A stretch of 64,000 nt of DNA from the human T2T-CHM13v2.0 reference genome, Homo sapiens (GCF_009914755.1 NC_060926.1); one strand, 5' to 3'; counted from the first letter of the stretch, positions 1-24,272 are shown. Notes: generated by a model not told the origin, from the sequence alone. Program-made: numbers and translations.

Positions 1-104
1 GAGTTTGCAGTTGTTGCTCAAAATATCTACGATCTAGACTTTCGTGTTACTAAACTACTCTGCTCCATCTGGTATTTTTGGCCACTGAAGCAGCTCTCAT
101 TATT

Positions 105-335
105 GATTGATTGATTGAGATATAATTCGCATACCATGAAACCCATCTGCTTAAAATGTACAATTCAGTGATGTTTATTATGTTCACAGAGTTGTGCAAC
201 TGTCACCACTATCTAATTCCACAACATTTTCATCAACCCTGAAGAAACCTGCACCCATTAGCAGTCACTCTTCATTCTCCTCTACCCCAGCCCTTTGCAA
301 ACACTAATCTACTTTCTGTCCCTATGGATTTATGT
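105..335 (-). mobile_element. Old L1M (L1MB-like) 3' end fragment
   Basis: gatataattcgcatacc...gtacaattcagtg...gttgtgcaac...ctactttctgtccctatggattt is typical of antisense L1MB 3' UTRs. Confidence 0.7.
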
Positions 336-384
336 TCTTTATGTTTTTCAACCCATTTCCAATCCCAATAGTCCGATACAGTCC

Positions 385-521
385 TATTACAGGTGGTTAG
401 ACAGGCATGAGCGGGCAATGCCCCTCAGTTGAATCCTTTCTTCTGAGGAAGCAAGAACTGAGGTTGCTGCAGACCTGTAGGGATTCATTGCCAGTAACCA
501 GGACAACTTCCATCAGTAACA
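385..521 (+). mobile_element. Internally deleted ERV1 (MER4-group-like) solo LTR
   Basis: Begins tattacaggtggttagacaggcatgagcggg and ends ...cagtaaca. Flanked by gtcc/gttc (degenerate 4-bp TSD). Only 137 bp. Family uncertain. Confidence 0.5.
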
Positions 522-1020
522 GTTCCAACTAATTACTTCTGTAGTGAAGGCCTACTATACCCGAGACTCGTTTGAAAGGCCGACCATATTAAATCCTTCT
601 TACTCAAAATGTAAAGAAAGAGGAGCCGGTGGCCTTACCCATCCCTAGGAGGAGCTGGGAGACAGGGGCTAAGGAAACGTGCAGCAGCAAGTGTGAAAAA
701 GCACTGGACACCCTCACTTGGTCAGCTTACGCCAACATTCTTTATTAGCAGTAAGGTTTCTGATAACCATGGAGAATGTTTGTCAAACTCAAGAACCTTT
801 GTTTCTAACTCCTGGAGCATTGCTGTAGGCAGTTGCTAGCTTCCAGTGCAAATAGAAACAAACTTAAATGTTCACTGGATGAATGGAAACTTGATTCTCT
901 TAATACAGTCCACTTGGGCTCCATTTGTCTTCACAGCAACCATTTGCTGGATTTATTGCTCAATTGACATCATTTATGCATTCCTTCTGCCAGTACCATA
1001 TTGTGTTGATTACTATAGCT

Positions 1021-2540
<1,520 letters not shown>

Positions 2541-3269
2541 TTACTATAGCTTTGTAGTAAGTTTTGAAATCAGAAAGTGTGAATCTTCCAACTTCGTTTT
2601 TTCCTTTCAAGATTGTTTTGGTTGTTTTGATTGTCTTGCATTGCCACATGAATTTTAGTATCAGCTTGTTAATTTCTGCAAAAAGCTGAGATTTTGACAG
2701 GCATTGCAATAAGTCTACAGATACCAGTCTAGGTAGTGCCACCATCTTAACAATATTAAGTCTTCTGATTCTTGGACATGAGCTATCTTAACACTTAATT
2801 AACTCTTCTTTAATTTCTTTAAAAAATGTTATGTGGTTTTCAGAGCATTTGTATACTTCTTTTCCTAATTTTATTTCTAAATATCTTATTCTTGATGTTA
2901 TTATAAATGGAATTGTTTTAATATCATTTTTAGTTTGTTCATGACTGATCTATAGAAATACAATTGATTTTTGTACCTTGATCTTGTATCCTGCAACTTT
3001 GCTAAACTTGTTTTGTTAGTTTTTAATAGGCTTTTAATGCATTTCTTAGAATTTTCTATATGTAAGACAAAAATCCTCTGAAAATTGAGTTTTATTTCTT
3101 CCTTTCCAATCTGGATTCCTTTAAGTTCATTTTCCTGCCTAATTAACATGGCTAGAGGTGGTAGTGCAACACTGAATATAAGTGCCAAAGCAAATATCCT
3201 TGTCTTGTTCCTGATGTTAGGGAGAAAGCAGATAGTTTTTCAACATTAAGTATGATATTAGCTGTAGGT

Positions 3270-3424
3270 TTTTCTTTTTCTTTCTTTTTTTGTATTTTTA
3301 ATAGAGACAGGGTTTCACCATGATGGCCGGGCTGGTCTCGTCTGGAACTCCCGACCTCAGGTGATCCACCCACCTTGGCCTCCCAATGTGCCAGGATTAC
3401 AGGCGTGAGCCACCACACCTGGCC
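3270..3424 (-). mobile_element. Alu left-monomer fragment
   Basis: T-rich lead-in then tgtatttttaatagagacagggtttcacc...gagccaccacacctggcc. Confidence 0.85.
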
Positions 3425-3599
3425 AGCTACAAGCTTTTCATATGTGCCCTTTGTCAGGTTGAGAAAATTCCCTTCTATATTTCTAGTTTGTTGGGTGTTT
3501 TTATCATGAGGGAATGCTGGATTTTTTCAAATGCTTTTTCAGTATTGATTGAAATAATCGTGTGGTTTTGTCTTTTATTCTATAAAGGTACATTACATT

Positions 3600-4067
3600 T
3601 GAGGTAGTAGGTGGGACTCAGCTCTGCAGGCAGGGCTTGGACACCAGACCAAATTGAGGACTAGCTAAGACAGACACAGGGCAGAAGCAGCTTTTTGTAA
3701 GCCACACCCACCAGCGTGCCATGTCAGTTTACCATTGCCATGGCAACATCCAGAAGTGATTGCCCCTTTCCATGGCAACAACCCAACAGCCTGGAAGTTA
3801 CCAGCTTTTTTCTAGAAATTTATGCATAATCTGCCCCTTAATTTGCATATAATTAAAAGTGGGTACAAATAGTACTGCCTCTGAGCTGCTGCTCTGGGTA
3901 TAGTGCCTATGGGGTAGCTTTGCTGCACAAGGAGCAGTACCTCTGCTGCCACTATACACTGCTGCTTCAATATACGTTGCTGTTTCACACCACAAGTTCA
4001 CACTTAAATTCTTTCCTGAGCGAAGCCAAAAACTCTCCCAATTTTGGGGCTTGCCTGCCCTGCATCA
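3600..4067 (+). mobile_element. ERV1 solo LTR (MER66-like, MER41-related)
   Basis: TG...CA ends (tgaggtagtaggtgggact...gccctgcatca). Exact 4-bp TSD CATT at 3596-3599 and 4068-4071. Confidence 0.8.
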
Positions 4068-5174
4068 CATTGATTGAACTCATCTTGCATTCTCGGGACA
4101 AATCCCATATGTTTATGGTGTAAAATCCTTTTTATACATTGTGGGATTCAGTTTATTAGTATTTTGTTGAAAATAAATGTTTGTATCTATATTCATAAGA
4201 AATGTTGGTCTCTAGTTTTATTTTCCTGTGGTGTCTGTCTGGTTTGTGTATCAGGGTAATTCTGGTCTCATAGAATGCAGTGCAAAGTGTTCCTTCCTTG
4301 TCAATGTTTTGGAAGAATTTTTGAAGGATTGGTATTAGTTCTTTAAATGTTTGTTAGAATTTAACATTAAAGCAATCTGAGCCTGCCCCCCCCTTTTTTG
4401 TCAGTAGCTTTTAATTAATAATTCAATATCTTTAATTATTATAGGCTTATTCAGATCTCCTATTTTTTCTTAAGTCAATTTTAGTAGTTTGTGTATTTGT
4501 AGAAATTGTTCAATTTCACTTAAGTTTCCTAATCTGTTGGCCTACAGTTCTTCATAGTATTCCCCTATAATCCTTTTTATTTTTGTAAGATTAGTCATAA
4601 TGTCCCTTCTTTCATTCCTAATTTTAGTCTTCTAGTCTTTTCCTTGGTCAGTCTAGCTAAAGATTTGTCCATTTTGTTGATTTTTTCAAAGAACCGTCTA
4701 TGTCATTAATTTCTGCTCTAATCCCTGTTATTTTCTTCCTTACATTTGCATTAGTGTTTAGTTTGCTCTTCTTTTCCCAGTGTCTTAAGGTAGAAAGCTA
4801 GGTTGTTAATTAGAGACGTTTCTTCTCTGTTTAGTATAGATGCTTACAGCTAGAAAAATTTCCCTCTGATCACTGCTTTCCCTGCATTCCACAGTATTGT
4901 TATGTAGTGTTTTCATTTTTATTCACCTCAAGGTATTTTCTAATTTACCTTGTGATTTCTTCTTTGACCTATTGATTATTTTGAATTATGTTGTCTAATT
5001 TCCACATATTTGTGGATTTCCCAAATTTTGCTCTTATTAGTTTATACTGCACTTTCAAGTATTTATACTGTTTTTTAAAAATGCATAATCACCTTTACCA
5101 GAGCTTTTTTTTTTGCATGTATGTGGCTTTGAATTCCCATCTGAGGTTACTTGTAGACTCTCTTAAAGGAAAAG

Positions 5175-5491
<317 letters not shown>

Positions 5492-5509
5492 CTACTATTC
5501 CCTTACATT

Positions 5510-5660
5510 AATTTTCTTTTCTTTTCCTTTCTTTTCATTTCTTTTCTTTCTTTCTTCTCTCTTGCTCTCTCTCTCGCTCTCTCTTTCTTTCTCTTTCTCT
5601 CTCCTTTCCTTTCTTTCTTTCTTTCTTTTCTTTCTTCCTTTCTTTCTCTCTTTCTGTTTT
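5510..5660. repeat. CT-rich polypyrimidine low-complexity tract
   Basis: About 150 bp of ttct/ctct/cttt units. Confidence 0.9.
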
Positions 5661-5704
5661 GCTCTTAGTGCCCAGCCTGGACTATTCCCTTATCTTATGT
5701 TTCC

Positions 5705-6017
<313 letters not shown>

Positions 6018-7611
6018 TAAACATGCATCAACATAAAGCTAGTAATAAACTCTTCATGTGTATAACACCTATTGCTATTTTAAAACAAAAAGAAATTTAC
6101 AAATTGAACACAAAAGACCACCAAACCCAACAAAATTCAAGTTGCCATTTCATGGGATACACTGCTGTTCTGTGGAGACTACGCCTCATCCTGCAGTGAG
6201 GCCATGTTCTGACTGTCCCTACCACAGTCTCCATGACTGCATATGACATGATGATCTCATTTTCCCACCGCTGGTCTCTATCAAACTGCTATGAAACCTT
6301 CACTCACAGACATAGTCTTGACAGCCATTCGGCTTTCACTTTACCGAATGCATCACTTACATATTTATGGTATTTTCCCATTTCTTTTCTAATTAGTTGA
6401 GACATTTAATTTCTGAAAACCAGCACATAAATATACACATGTAAACATGGTCACCCAAATCCCACTGGTTAGCAAGACTTCCTTCAGCTATTCATTCATT
6501 AATTAATAATAGAGTTAAATATTTTTAAGTAGACCAATAATCAAAATGAAAACACAATATTAACAAACTTTTATAGAACATCCATGGACATCCAAAAAAA
6601 TTTAGAGAATGTGGGATTGGGAATTCACTCTGAAAAACATTGCCATTGGCTATTCTTTGATGCATTAAAAATGTGTTGGTCCCTTTTATGTTTAGACATG
6701 GCTAAGCATGGGCATTCAATGGGAGTGATACGGTGGAGCGGGTAGAGGGCCACAGCAGTCAGTTCAATGTGAGAGTGCAGCTTGCGAGGTGCTCTGGAGA
6801 CTAGAGGGAAGACTTAGATTCATCAAAGCCCAGTGACATCAGTTACTGTGCTTGGATGAATGACAAGGAATTCCCCATGTGTGGAACAAGAGAGGGGAAC
6901 TTGAGGCAGAGAGAGCAATATTCCTGGAAAGAGTGTGTGTGTGTGTACATAATTTTATGTTATTATAGTTAGTCAAATAAGCAATAATGAGTATCTACTT
7001 TATGTTCGGTTCAGTAGGGGCCCCAATATAGTTCATGGTCCTGCCTTCAGAAGCTGAGAATCTAGTTGGAGAAACAAATCACAACTGACTACACAGTGAA
7101 CATCCAAGGCAGTGTATTACCACCAAAGAGTGTGGTCCAGAGTTTAGGTGCTATAGCAGTCCTGAGTGGCCCAAGTGGCTCAGGAGTGGAACAGTGAGAA
7201 AAAGTTTCATGGGAGGGGCAGCTGAATGGATCCCAGGAGGACAGACCAGAACAGAAGCAAACCCTGCAGTCATAGGCCTCCAAAAGGGAAGTCAATGAAA
7301 AAGTGGGACTGAGGGTATCCCAAGACAGATAGAGTAACCTTACACATGGGAAGATCCAGTGTGGCCGTTAGAGTAATGGTGCCAAGGTTAGCCTCAATTT
7401 TGATTATCAAGCTCAATGTATTTTACCCCATCAATGAAATCAGTGACTTTCCTTCACCCTCTATTCTCTCTACCCACCGTGATCAACAACTGTGTAGCAA
7501 GCAGGATAGAGTAACTGATAGGTTGCTTTGTCAACTGTAGCCCACAGAACACATTACATTTAACATTCTGCCCATAGCAATCAGGTTCTTGAAAAGAGTA
7601 TCCATGACTGA

Positions 7612-7959
<348 letters not shown>

Positions 7960-8308
7960 TAGTGAGTAAGTTGGAAAAAACCTTATGGGATATGCTGGTT
8001 GAGGTCCCAAGCATTGAAGGCTTGCCAGTGACACCAAGGCAAGGACTTGACTAAGGCTGATAAAGGTAACTTTCAGTTACTATCGATTAAAATTTTAATT
8101 TCCAAGCTTTAAATTAATTTTTGAATAGGTTACACATTTAGAAGATATAAAACAATGTTGGGTGAAAAGCCTTCTATCTACTTATGTCCCTAAACACTTA
8201 TTTCCCCTCCCTGGAGGCAATCAATAATGCTATTTCTTGAGTCTCCTTCCAGAAATAGCTTATATACAGACAAGCAATCACATATATATTCTTAAAGAAA
8301 GTACTTGA

Positions 8309-8615
<307 letters not shown>

Positions 8616-8984
8616 TTAGCATCAGATTTTTATATTGTAAATAACATTAGGGATGCATTTTTCTTTCACTTAAGGGGGAAATAATTATTAGTTTTGTCAA
8701 ATTACAAAATAATGCATATTTATTATAGAAAATATAAAAAGAAAAAAGAAGAAAATGAAAATCACCCATTATCCTTCCATTTGGAGATAACCTCAGGTGA
8801 CCTATAATTATTTGTACTTCCTTCAGCACATTCGCACCATATATGCAGTGTATTTCATTGGTGTTTGTTTTCACTTACTATACTGTTTCCAAATCATTAA
8901 GTGTGTCTTCTACACCATTTTTAATGGCTGGTTTGTATATAATTTATTTAACCAAAGTGTCCTGTTTGAAACTCAAGTTGATTA

Positions 8985-9418
<434 letters not shown>

Positions 9419-9514
9419 CTATGCTTGTCTTGATGACTTACATCCCCTGAGCACAGTGCTTGAATAGCTGAATTTAGCTATTGAAGGCCATAGCTGCAAT
9501 TAAAAAAACTGCAA

Positions 9515-9882
<368 letters not shown>

Positions 9883-12800
9883 TAGCTGCTCTTTGGAAGA
9901 TGGGACAACATTCTTTCCCGTATAGCTACAAACCTGTTGAGAATATGCCAAGGGTTTGCTCATGCTCTTCTACAGAAAAAAAGAGTTGTGACTTGGGGTC
10001 TTAAATATATGAACAAAGTTGCAGAATGGGCTTCTGTTTTTAGTAAGCAGCATCCTCTATATTAGGACAAAAAGTACATTTTATCGCACTGGAATAAACT
10101 AGTGGTAGGGCACTCACATGTGCTGAAAAACAACAGATAAAACGCTCTCTGTACAAGTAACCATAAAACAATGCCACTTAACACATTCCTAAAAGCTACT
10201 TTCTCAAAACAGTCCCCTGTTCCTCAGGGAAGGTTTATTTTAAAAGATGGTGCTCACTAGACAATTGTGGTCTTGTTTATTATTATTCTAAATGAGGTAG
10301 CAGAATCCTTGTAGCTTGTTCGGTCTGTAAAGAAACTTTCCCTGTCCCTGTGAGCCTCCACAGCAGGAATAAAGAAGGGAGCACCCAGGGCAAAGGAGGG
10401 CTGACAGAGCAGGCGTTTATGGGGGTCCTACTGCGGCTCAGCCAAAGGCTGCCATTCCAAGTCAGAAAGACCGTCTGGAGATGATCATTGTTGTGCTGAC
10501 GAAGCCCCGTGCCTGGCTGTGGAGATGCCGTGAGGACCCGCAACTCTGAGGGCCCAGTTGTTGTAATCGCAGTATTAGGAACCATCACACACTCGGGTGC
10601 CTGATGCCCTTCTTCCGTTTAAGGGAAACTTGCATAGTCAGGCCCAATCTATGTTTAGATTTGTGCATGGGAAAGAATTCTCCTGCAAATCTGACTCTGA
10701 ATGCATTTACAGAGACAGAAGCAGAACAACCACAGGTTTTCTTCACCGGAAACTAGACCTTTGACTATGATCCGCAGAAGAAAGCTCTTAAGTTTGTCCT
10801 TTCCTGAAGGTATAAAAAGCACTTCTGCTTGTTAATGTTTTTTTGATTGTCCTTTAAACACTGTTGGAGGAAGTTCCAATACCCTGGAATGATACTTTTA
10901 CTGCTAATTTGACCCTTATTTGCTCCATAATTCATCTGACCTCATAACAGACCCAACATCCCAGAAAAATTACCAGACAATTCTATCTGTGTCAGGAACA
11001 AAGTATAATCAGCAAAAGTTTATAAAGTCAACTATATAAACTTTGAATGATATGCCACTATTCTTTTTTTAACTTTTATTTTTAAATAAGTGTAGACTCA
11101 ATTATTTAAATTGTTGTAAAAGTAGTACTGAGAGTTCCTTAGTCTCTTCCCCGAGCTCCAGTGGTAATACCTTACATAACTGTAGTACACCCCAAACCAG
11201 GAAAATGGCATTGATGTTGCTGCTATTGCCACTATACTTTTTGACATCTGACAGTAGAAAGACTGACAACTCAAACTCCTAAAATCTAAGAAAAGCAATG
11301 AGTCCCATCTCCTGCTAAGATCTACTACTCTCAGGTTCAAGTTCTCTGCACTCCACACTGCTCAGGCAATTTTGGCTTTGTAACCCTCGTGCCCTTTTTG
11401 AGCAGAAAAACGCTGTGTCCTCTAAGATTTGTTAATCCTAGTCTTGAATACACAGAGCAGCCTCCTTTGTCCCTTGCTCCCTGTCCCAGACAATTTTCCT
11501 TTGTCCTACTGGAAAGGGAAGGTGGTAGTTTTGGGAGTCTCTACTAGTGCTGTACTTTAATGTACTTTTTAAGAACTTTTTATTTTGAAATAATTATAGA
11601 TTCATAGGAAATTGCACAAATATTACAGGGAAGTTCTAGGTATGCTTCACTTTGTTTCTCCAAATAGTTACATCTTTAATGCTCATTTTTCCAGGTTACT
11701 ACATTTGGAAAAGATAATCAATTCCTGTGTTGTTTCCTTTTGTTTTGAACTAGAAAACAACAAATCTTTTCTTTAACCATTCCTTTTGGCCAGTGAAAGA
11801 AGGTGTCTTACAACTGAGATTCTCTAATTCAAAGGATTGAGGCTAATTGTTAACCAGTTAATTGGTAAATATAGAAACCATTAAAAACGATACATAGACC
11901 TTACATACTTCCTCTAACTTGCCTCATATAAATGTGTTCATTCTCCAATCTTCTGACTTGGGTTGTAGAAGAACATGTTGTACTTCAACGGGAAACTTTG
12001 CATCCTCTGTAGCACAGCCTTCTGCCTTATCAGGCTGAATCTATGGGAGCTCTTGTAGAAATCTCTACATTGTAGGTAACTGATAGACACACAATTTATG
12101 TCTTGTCTGCTGGAAATTGTTTTCCCAGTCTCACGTGGGAAAGCCCGCCTGTGTCCATTTGCACATTTAATTCAACATTTCTGCTTATAAATGTGTTTCT
12201 TTTTTGACCTTTCCTTTGAAGGTTAGAACACTTACCTGGTTCCTTCATTTAATAAGTTTAATAAAGTCTTTAATATGTGTTCTTTTTTTATATTTGAATA
12301 AGAGTCATGATTTTACCTTTTATTGAAAATTATCTAACAGGGTCAAGGTAATTTCTTTGAATATTTGTCCACTGGTTAGAGTTTCTTCTTTCTTTAGAAT
12401 ATTATACTGGTAATACATCACAGACAGCAAAGATTTCCAGTTTTACTCTTATAAAGTGAAGGTAAAGCTTAAAGATAGGTGCCAGACAATGAGAGCTGAG
12501 TACTTCTAGATTTGTCTGACTTTTTGTCCCCTATCCCCAGTCCTTTACCAGGGTCTCACCCACTCCTAATTCAGTAGCAGTGTTATTTAGTGACCTACCT
12601 CCATCTAGTATCCCCAAAGCATTCATTCATCTTTCAGTTTCGCAGACATAATAACTTTTCCTCTTTTAATACTTATATTTCATTAATTTATAACATCTAA
12701 TTAAACTACATATCAGTGTAGCCAGCATAAATAGATTTGAGAACGAACATACTTGACAAGATAAACATGCATGCAGCTCAGCTGGCTGAAGCAGCACCTA

Positions 12801-13239
12801 CACCTGGCTGACTAGCTTGCTATTCGCGGGAGCTGATGGCGCTGTGGTCAAGTCTGTGTGCTCCCTGTTGGTTAATTGGTTAATCGTGTAAGGGCGCTGC
12901 AGGCAGGCCAGGGAAGAGGGTGTGTGGCAGAGGCTGGCTGCCTATTTGCACATTTCTTTCTCTTCCTGGGCACACAGCTGGGCCTCATATCCCAATCTCA
13001 TTTGCAGTTAGTGTGGTCATGAGACTGAAGTCCGTTCAATGGAATTTAACTGAGAGTGACAAATAATTCTTCCAGGTCTGCCACTGTCACTCTCCAGCTT
13101 TCTTTCCCCTTCATTTGGCTTGATGGAGACATTCACCTTAAAGTCAGTGATAAAGATGCTGCAGCCAGAAGACATAAGGAGCTGGGTCTCTAAATCATTG
13201 CTTGCAGGGCCTGCTGACAGTGAATATCCAACTTTTGGA

Positions 13240-13865
13240 GATATTGAAGAAACTATCCCTTCTCCAGTGTGTCCTCTTGATGTCTTTGGCAAAAATTAGT
13301 TGATTTTATATATTTTGACTTATTTCTGGGCTCTCTATTCTTTTCCATTAGTCTACACTTCTGTTTTTATACCAATCCCCTACTGTTTTGATTACTGTAG
13401 CTTTGGAATATAATTTAAAATCAGGAAGTGTGATGCCTACAGCTTTGTTCTTTTTGCTCAACATTCTTTGGGCCATTTGTGGTCTTATGTTTCCACACAA
13501 ATTTTAGGATTTGTTTTTTCTATTTCTGCAAAGAATGCCAGTGGGATTTTGATAGGGATTGTGTTGAATCTGCATATTGTTTTGGGAAGTATGGATATTT
13601 TAACAATATTAATTCTTCAGATTCATGAGCACAGGAAGCTTTCCACTTATTTGTGTCCTCTTCAATTTATTTTCTCAAGTTAGGTTGGCATTTGTGAATA
13701 AAAATGCTACCGATTACTGTATATTGATTTTGTATCCTGCAACATTATTGAATTCATTTATTAGTTCTAACAGTGTTTTGTGGAATCTTTGGGTTTTTTA
13801 CATATGGGATCATGTCATCTTCAAATAGAGATAATTTTACTTCTTTCTTTCCTATTTGGATGCCT
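13240..13865 (-). mobile_element. Old L1M ORF2 fragment
   Basis: ttttgattactgtagcttt...aatcaggaagtgtgatgcctacagctttgttc...tcatcttcaaatagagataatttt. Confidence 0.8.
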
Positions 13866-13929
13866 GTCCCTTTATTCATAAGTCAATGAGTAATGAATAA
13901 ATGAATAATGAATAAAGAACAATTTGTCC

Positions 13930-14292
13930 TGCCTTAGTCAGTTTGAGCTGATAGAACAAAGTACCATAGACCTGGTGGCTTACAAACAACAGAAATCTAC
14001 TTCTCACAGTTTTGGAGGTTGCAAGTCCAAGGTCAGGGTGCCAGTATGGTCAGGTTCTGGTGAGGTCCCAGTTCGAAATTGCAGACTGCTACCTTCTCAT
14101 CATGTTCTCAGATGGCAGAAGGAGAAAGGGAGATCACTCTGGCCTCTCCTTATAAGGGCACTAATCCTATCACGAGGGCTCTACACTCATGACTTAACTA
14201 CTTGCCAAAGGCCCCACCTTCAAATACCATAATATTGGAGATTATATTTCAACATATGAATTTTGGGGGACACAAACATTCAATTCATAGCA
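13930..14292 (-). mobile_element. MLT1A-like MaLR solo LTR
   Basis: cttagtcagtttgagctg...acaacagaaatctacttctcacagttttggagg...ggggacacaaacattcaattcatagca. Confidence 0.8.
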
Positions 14293-14364
14293 TGTCCCAT
14301 ATATCAGGCCCTTAATTTTATACAGCCAATTAATTGATTCATATCAGTAAATGGAGGCAGTTAC

Positions 14365-19802
<5,438 letters not shown>

Positions 19803-20592
19803 GTTACTTTTTGCTGATCTTATTTAAGTAAATTTATTCTTTCACAGCATGGCTCTGTGGAATTTCTTTTTCACATTATTAGGAATTTACTCCTTGTCCT
19901 GTTCTTTCAGGAAATGCAGTTGGGATCCTAAAGGCTGGGGGCTGCAGCCTTGCCAGGGATTAGAGTTGAGTATTCATCAGGAAGTTGGAAAAGCCCTCCT
20001 CGGAGGGAAGAAGCCTACCACTTCTGTAACCTTTTAAAACCATCCTTTCAGTTAAGGAGGACCCAAAAAGACAAACAATGACATTTAGGTAATGACTTTT
20101 TGGGAATTTTGTTTAAACCTTTGCTACAATTAAAAATCAATAATTTCTCTTTCCGTGATTGCTTAATGATTTAAGAATCTGGCTCATTCATCAACTGGGA
20201 ACAAGGACAAGTGTAAAGCTGAGTGAAATGACCAGGCTTTGAGGGTGGAGGCAAATTCCTGCCAGCTTGAGTGAGGAGGTGAGATCAGGGGCTCCTTCCT
20301 GTGAAGAGCTCTCCATGAGTGAGGCCTAAGGGGGCTCAGTTTGCCCCGTAGAGATCTTGGGCACTATGAAACTCTTGAATAACCTCAAGGAGTCGTAACA
20401 GGAGGACAGAATCCTTTCTCCCCCAAACAATTGAGCTCTGAAACACGTATGGCCCATTCCTGGGGGTGGAATGGCTGCTGTGTACCCCCTTATCACGCAG
20501 TTCTTTCTCAGCCCCTCTCACTAACAGTCTAGGCTTTGGAGGACACTGTACAAAGATGCCTCTGCTTTTCTGTTTGAGATTTTATTTATGGC

Positions 20593-21025
20593 TGTCTGAG
20601 TCCATTTTGTGTTGCTGTAACAGAATATCTGAGATTGGGTAATTTAAAAAGAAAAGGAGTTATTTAGCTCACAATGCTGGTGGCTGGGAAGTTCAAGAGC
20701 ATGGCCCTAGCATCTGGTTAGCTTCTGATGAGGGCTATGTGCTGTGTCAAGACATGGTGGAGAAGTGGAAAAGCAAGCGTGTGTGAAGAGGCACTAAACA
20801 GGAGGAGGAACCTCACTTTATAACAACCCATTCTCAGAGGAACAAATCCCTTCCCTCCAGAGTGAGCACTCACTCACTCCCTTGAGATGGCCTTATTCTA
20901 TTCATAACAGATCCACTCTGATGTTCCAAACACCTCCCATTAGGCCCCACCTCCCAATAGTGCTGCAGCGGCAATTAGCTTTAATGTGAGTCTTGTTGGG
21001 GACCAACCACATCCAAATCATAGCA
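20593..21025 (-). mobile_element. MST-family (MSTC/D-like) solo LTR
   Basis: tgtctgagtccattttgtgttgctgtaacag...catccaaatcatagca. TSD atggc/atgcc. Confidence 0.75.
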
Positions 21026-21197
21026 ATGCCCTAATCACATTGTGAAAGGCACTGGGTTAAACTTAAAGGCCCATTCTATATCAATCTGCCAAAGCCATTA
21101 GGATCAGACTAGATCTTAATGTTAGTAGATCTAATACCAGTTGAGAGCTGAAAGAGGGGAGGGAGGCTAATTATATCAGAAAGCTACTCTAGGTAAG

Positions 21198-21498
21198 TGT
21201 ATTAGTCCATTTTCACACAGTTCCACATGCCTGGGGAGGCCTCAGAATCACGGCAGGAGGCCAAAGGCACATCTTACATGGCAGTGGCAAGAGAAAAATG
21301 AGAGAAGATACAAAAGCCGGAACTCCTGATAAAACCATCAGATCTTGTGAGACTTATTCACTACCAGGAGAACAGTATGGGGAATCCACCCCCACGATTC
21401 AAATTACCTCCCACCGGGCCCCTCCCACAATATGTGGGAATTATGGGAGTACAATTCAAGATGAGATTTGGATGGGGTTACAGAGCAAAACCATATCA
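21198..21498 (-). mobile_element. THE1 solo LTR with a short internal deletion
   Basis: tgtattagtccattttcacac...aaccatatca. TSD gtaag/gtgag. Confidence 0.85.
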
Positions 21499-21821
21499 GT
21501 GAGCTTCAAGCATAGTTCTGAGCCTCTTGGCTGTCACGACAAGAAGAGATATTCTATTTAAAAAAAAAAAAAAGGAAGCTACCAACCCATCAAAAGGTGC
21601 TCAGTTCCATAGCCCTAAACTCCAAAAAGTTTGTAGGGAATTTGAATCAGGACCTATGACAACATAATAGTGTCTTGAATAGATGCTTTTAGAACATAGA
21701 GAGATAATCTTTAGATGATCATTATTACATTCATATTTTACAAAACCCTTTGGCATAAAATATTATAAATCTCTTCTCTGTTACATCATTTCCATTTGAG
21801 TAAGAAAATCTTAGTATATAA

Positions 21822-22127
<306 letters not shown>

Positions 22128-22155
22128 TTCGTATACAACTTTAGATGCAGCTGGA

Positions 22156-22157
<2 letters not shown>

Positions 22158-22195
<38 letters not shown>
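22158..22195. repeat. (GT)n microsatellite ending in (GC)n
   Basis: About 15 GT units followed by gcgcgcgt. Confidence 0.95.
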
Positions 22196-22920
22196 TTCCC
22201 ACTCTGTGCCTCCCGCATGCCCTTGAAGCAGAGGGCTCCTTCGCTTCACTTCCTCTACTTCACCACATTGAAGCAGAGGCCCCTCTCCACTTCCTCAGGG
22301 GTTGTGTTCAGCACAATGGAAAGCAGCTGCGTCTGCAACGCCTTCTGGCTGTTATGCTCCGAGAACCTAAGCCTTGGATTAACACGGCAGAGAAAAATGC
22401 CCACTGCTCAGGGACTATCCCATGTTCTCCAAACTTCCCCATTTCCTGGTAATTAGGTGGGGGTCATGTGACTTGTTTTGGCTAATGGGCTGTGGGTAGA
22501 AGTAAACATGTGAATATATCAATATAATTGCGTGTATGTGTTGATGTAAAATGCAATGTCCTGCACATACACTCTGCAACTTTATTTTAAGGAAATACTT
22601 AACCTTGGAGACATTTCTATATTATTATACATAAGTTTATCTTTTTATTTTAAACTGTTATCATATCACAATAAGAATATAGCATAATTTCAATGACTCC
22701 CTTCTTGTTGGACATTTAGATGCTTTCCATTATTTTGCAATGATAAAAACACTTCTGTGTGTTTTCTAGGAAACCTAGAAATGAAATTGTTTGGCAGAAA
22801 GGTATCTATTTTTACAAATTAAAAAAAAATCATTCTTTTAAACATATTTCATTGAATTCAATTTGTTGGAATTTTTACCCAGCATTTTTACAATTATATT
22901 AATCAGTGAGAATGTTCTAA

Positions 22921-23222
<302 letters not shown>

Positions 23223-23959
23223 CTAATTCTTTTAATGTTAAACTCTTTCTTGCTTTCCTCTCTCTTCTTCACTCCTCAAGAGGGGGGAACACTGACATAA
23301 TTGGATGAGATTCCAGGATGTTGATGGTGCCAAGTTTATGAGCTACAAACCCTTGTGTGGCTCTCCCTTTGGTACTTTGCTCTTTCTCCAGGGAGAAAGG
23401 AGGACAAACAAACTGGAGCTGATCTCTTATTATGGACAGAACCTGTCATCTCTCTTCCTCCCTCGTAAGCAGTGTTGCTCATTCACCCTCCCAATCTTGG
23501 CAAGGAGCTGGTGGAAAGATCTGAGTGTAGAAGGGAGAAAGGCTCCAGCTTAGTGCCCAACTCCTGTGCCCACATAGCCAGGTCACCCCGCACTAGAGTT
23601 AGAGGCACTTAAAGTAAGGAAATTCCTTATCTCCTTCTGCCATTGTCTATCGTGCTGCTCATCTTCAGGAACTGCAGAAAGATGATGACCACACCAAGGC
23701 AAGACTGAGTCCATTCCTGAATATCATTCCTGTAAGATCAAAATCTCATTCTAAGAGTATTGTCTTTGCTAGGTTTTAGTATCAGTAACTATTTTGAAGA
23801 GTGATTTGAAATTTCCAAATATTTGAGAGTTTTTGTTTATATAAAATATTTTTGTTCAGTTTTTCTTAATTTGCTGTGGGGATATGTTAGTACCCTACAA
23901 GGCATCCAGCTTTTAAAATAATGCCACATTACAAAGGAATTGGTTAACAAGAAGTGTAG

Positions 23960-24272
<313 letters not shown>

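Noticed and set aside
10283-10588. 101-aa minus-strand ORF in apparently unique, GC-richer sequence
   Set aside because: No recognisable domain, exon structure or promoter. It could be an enhancer, but the sequence alone does not support a call.
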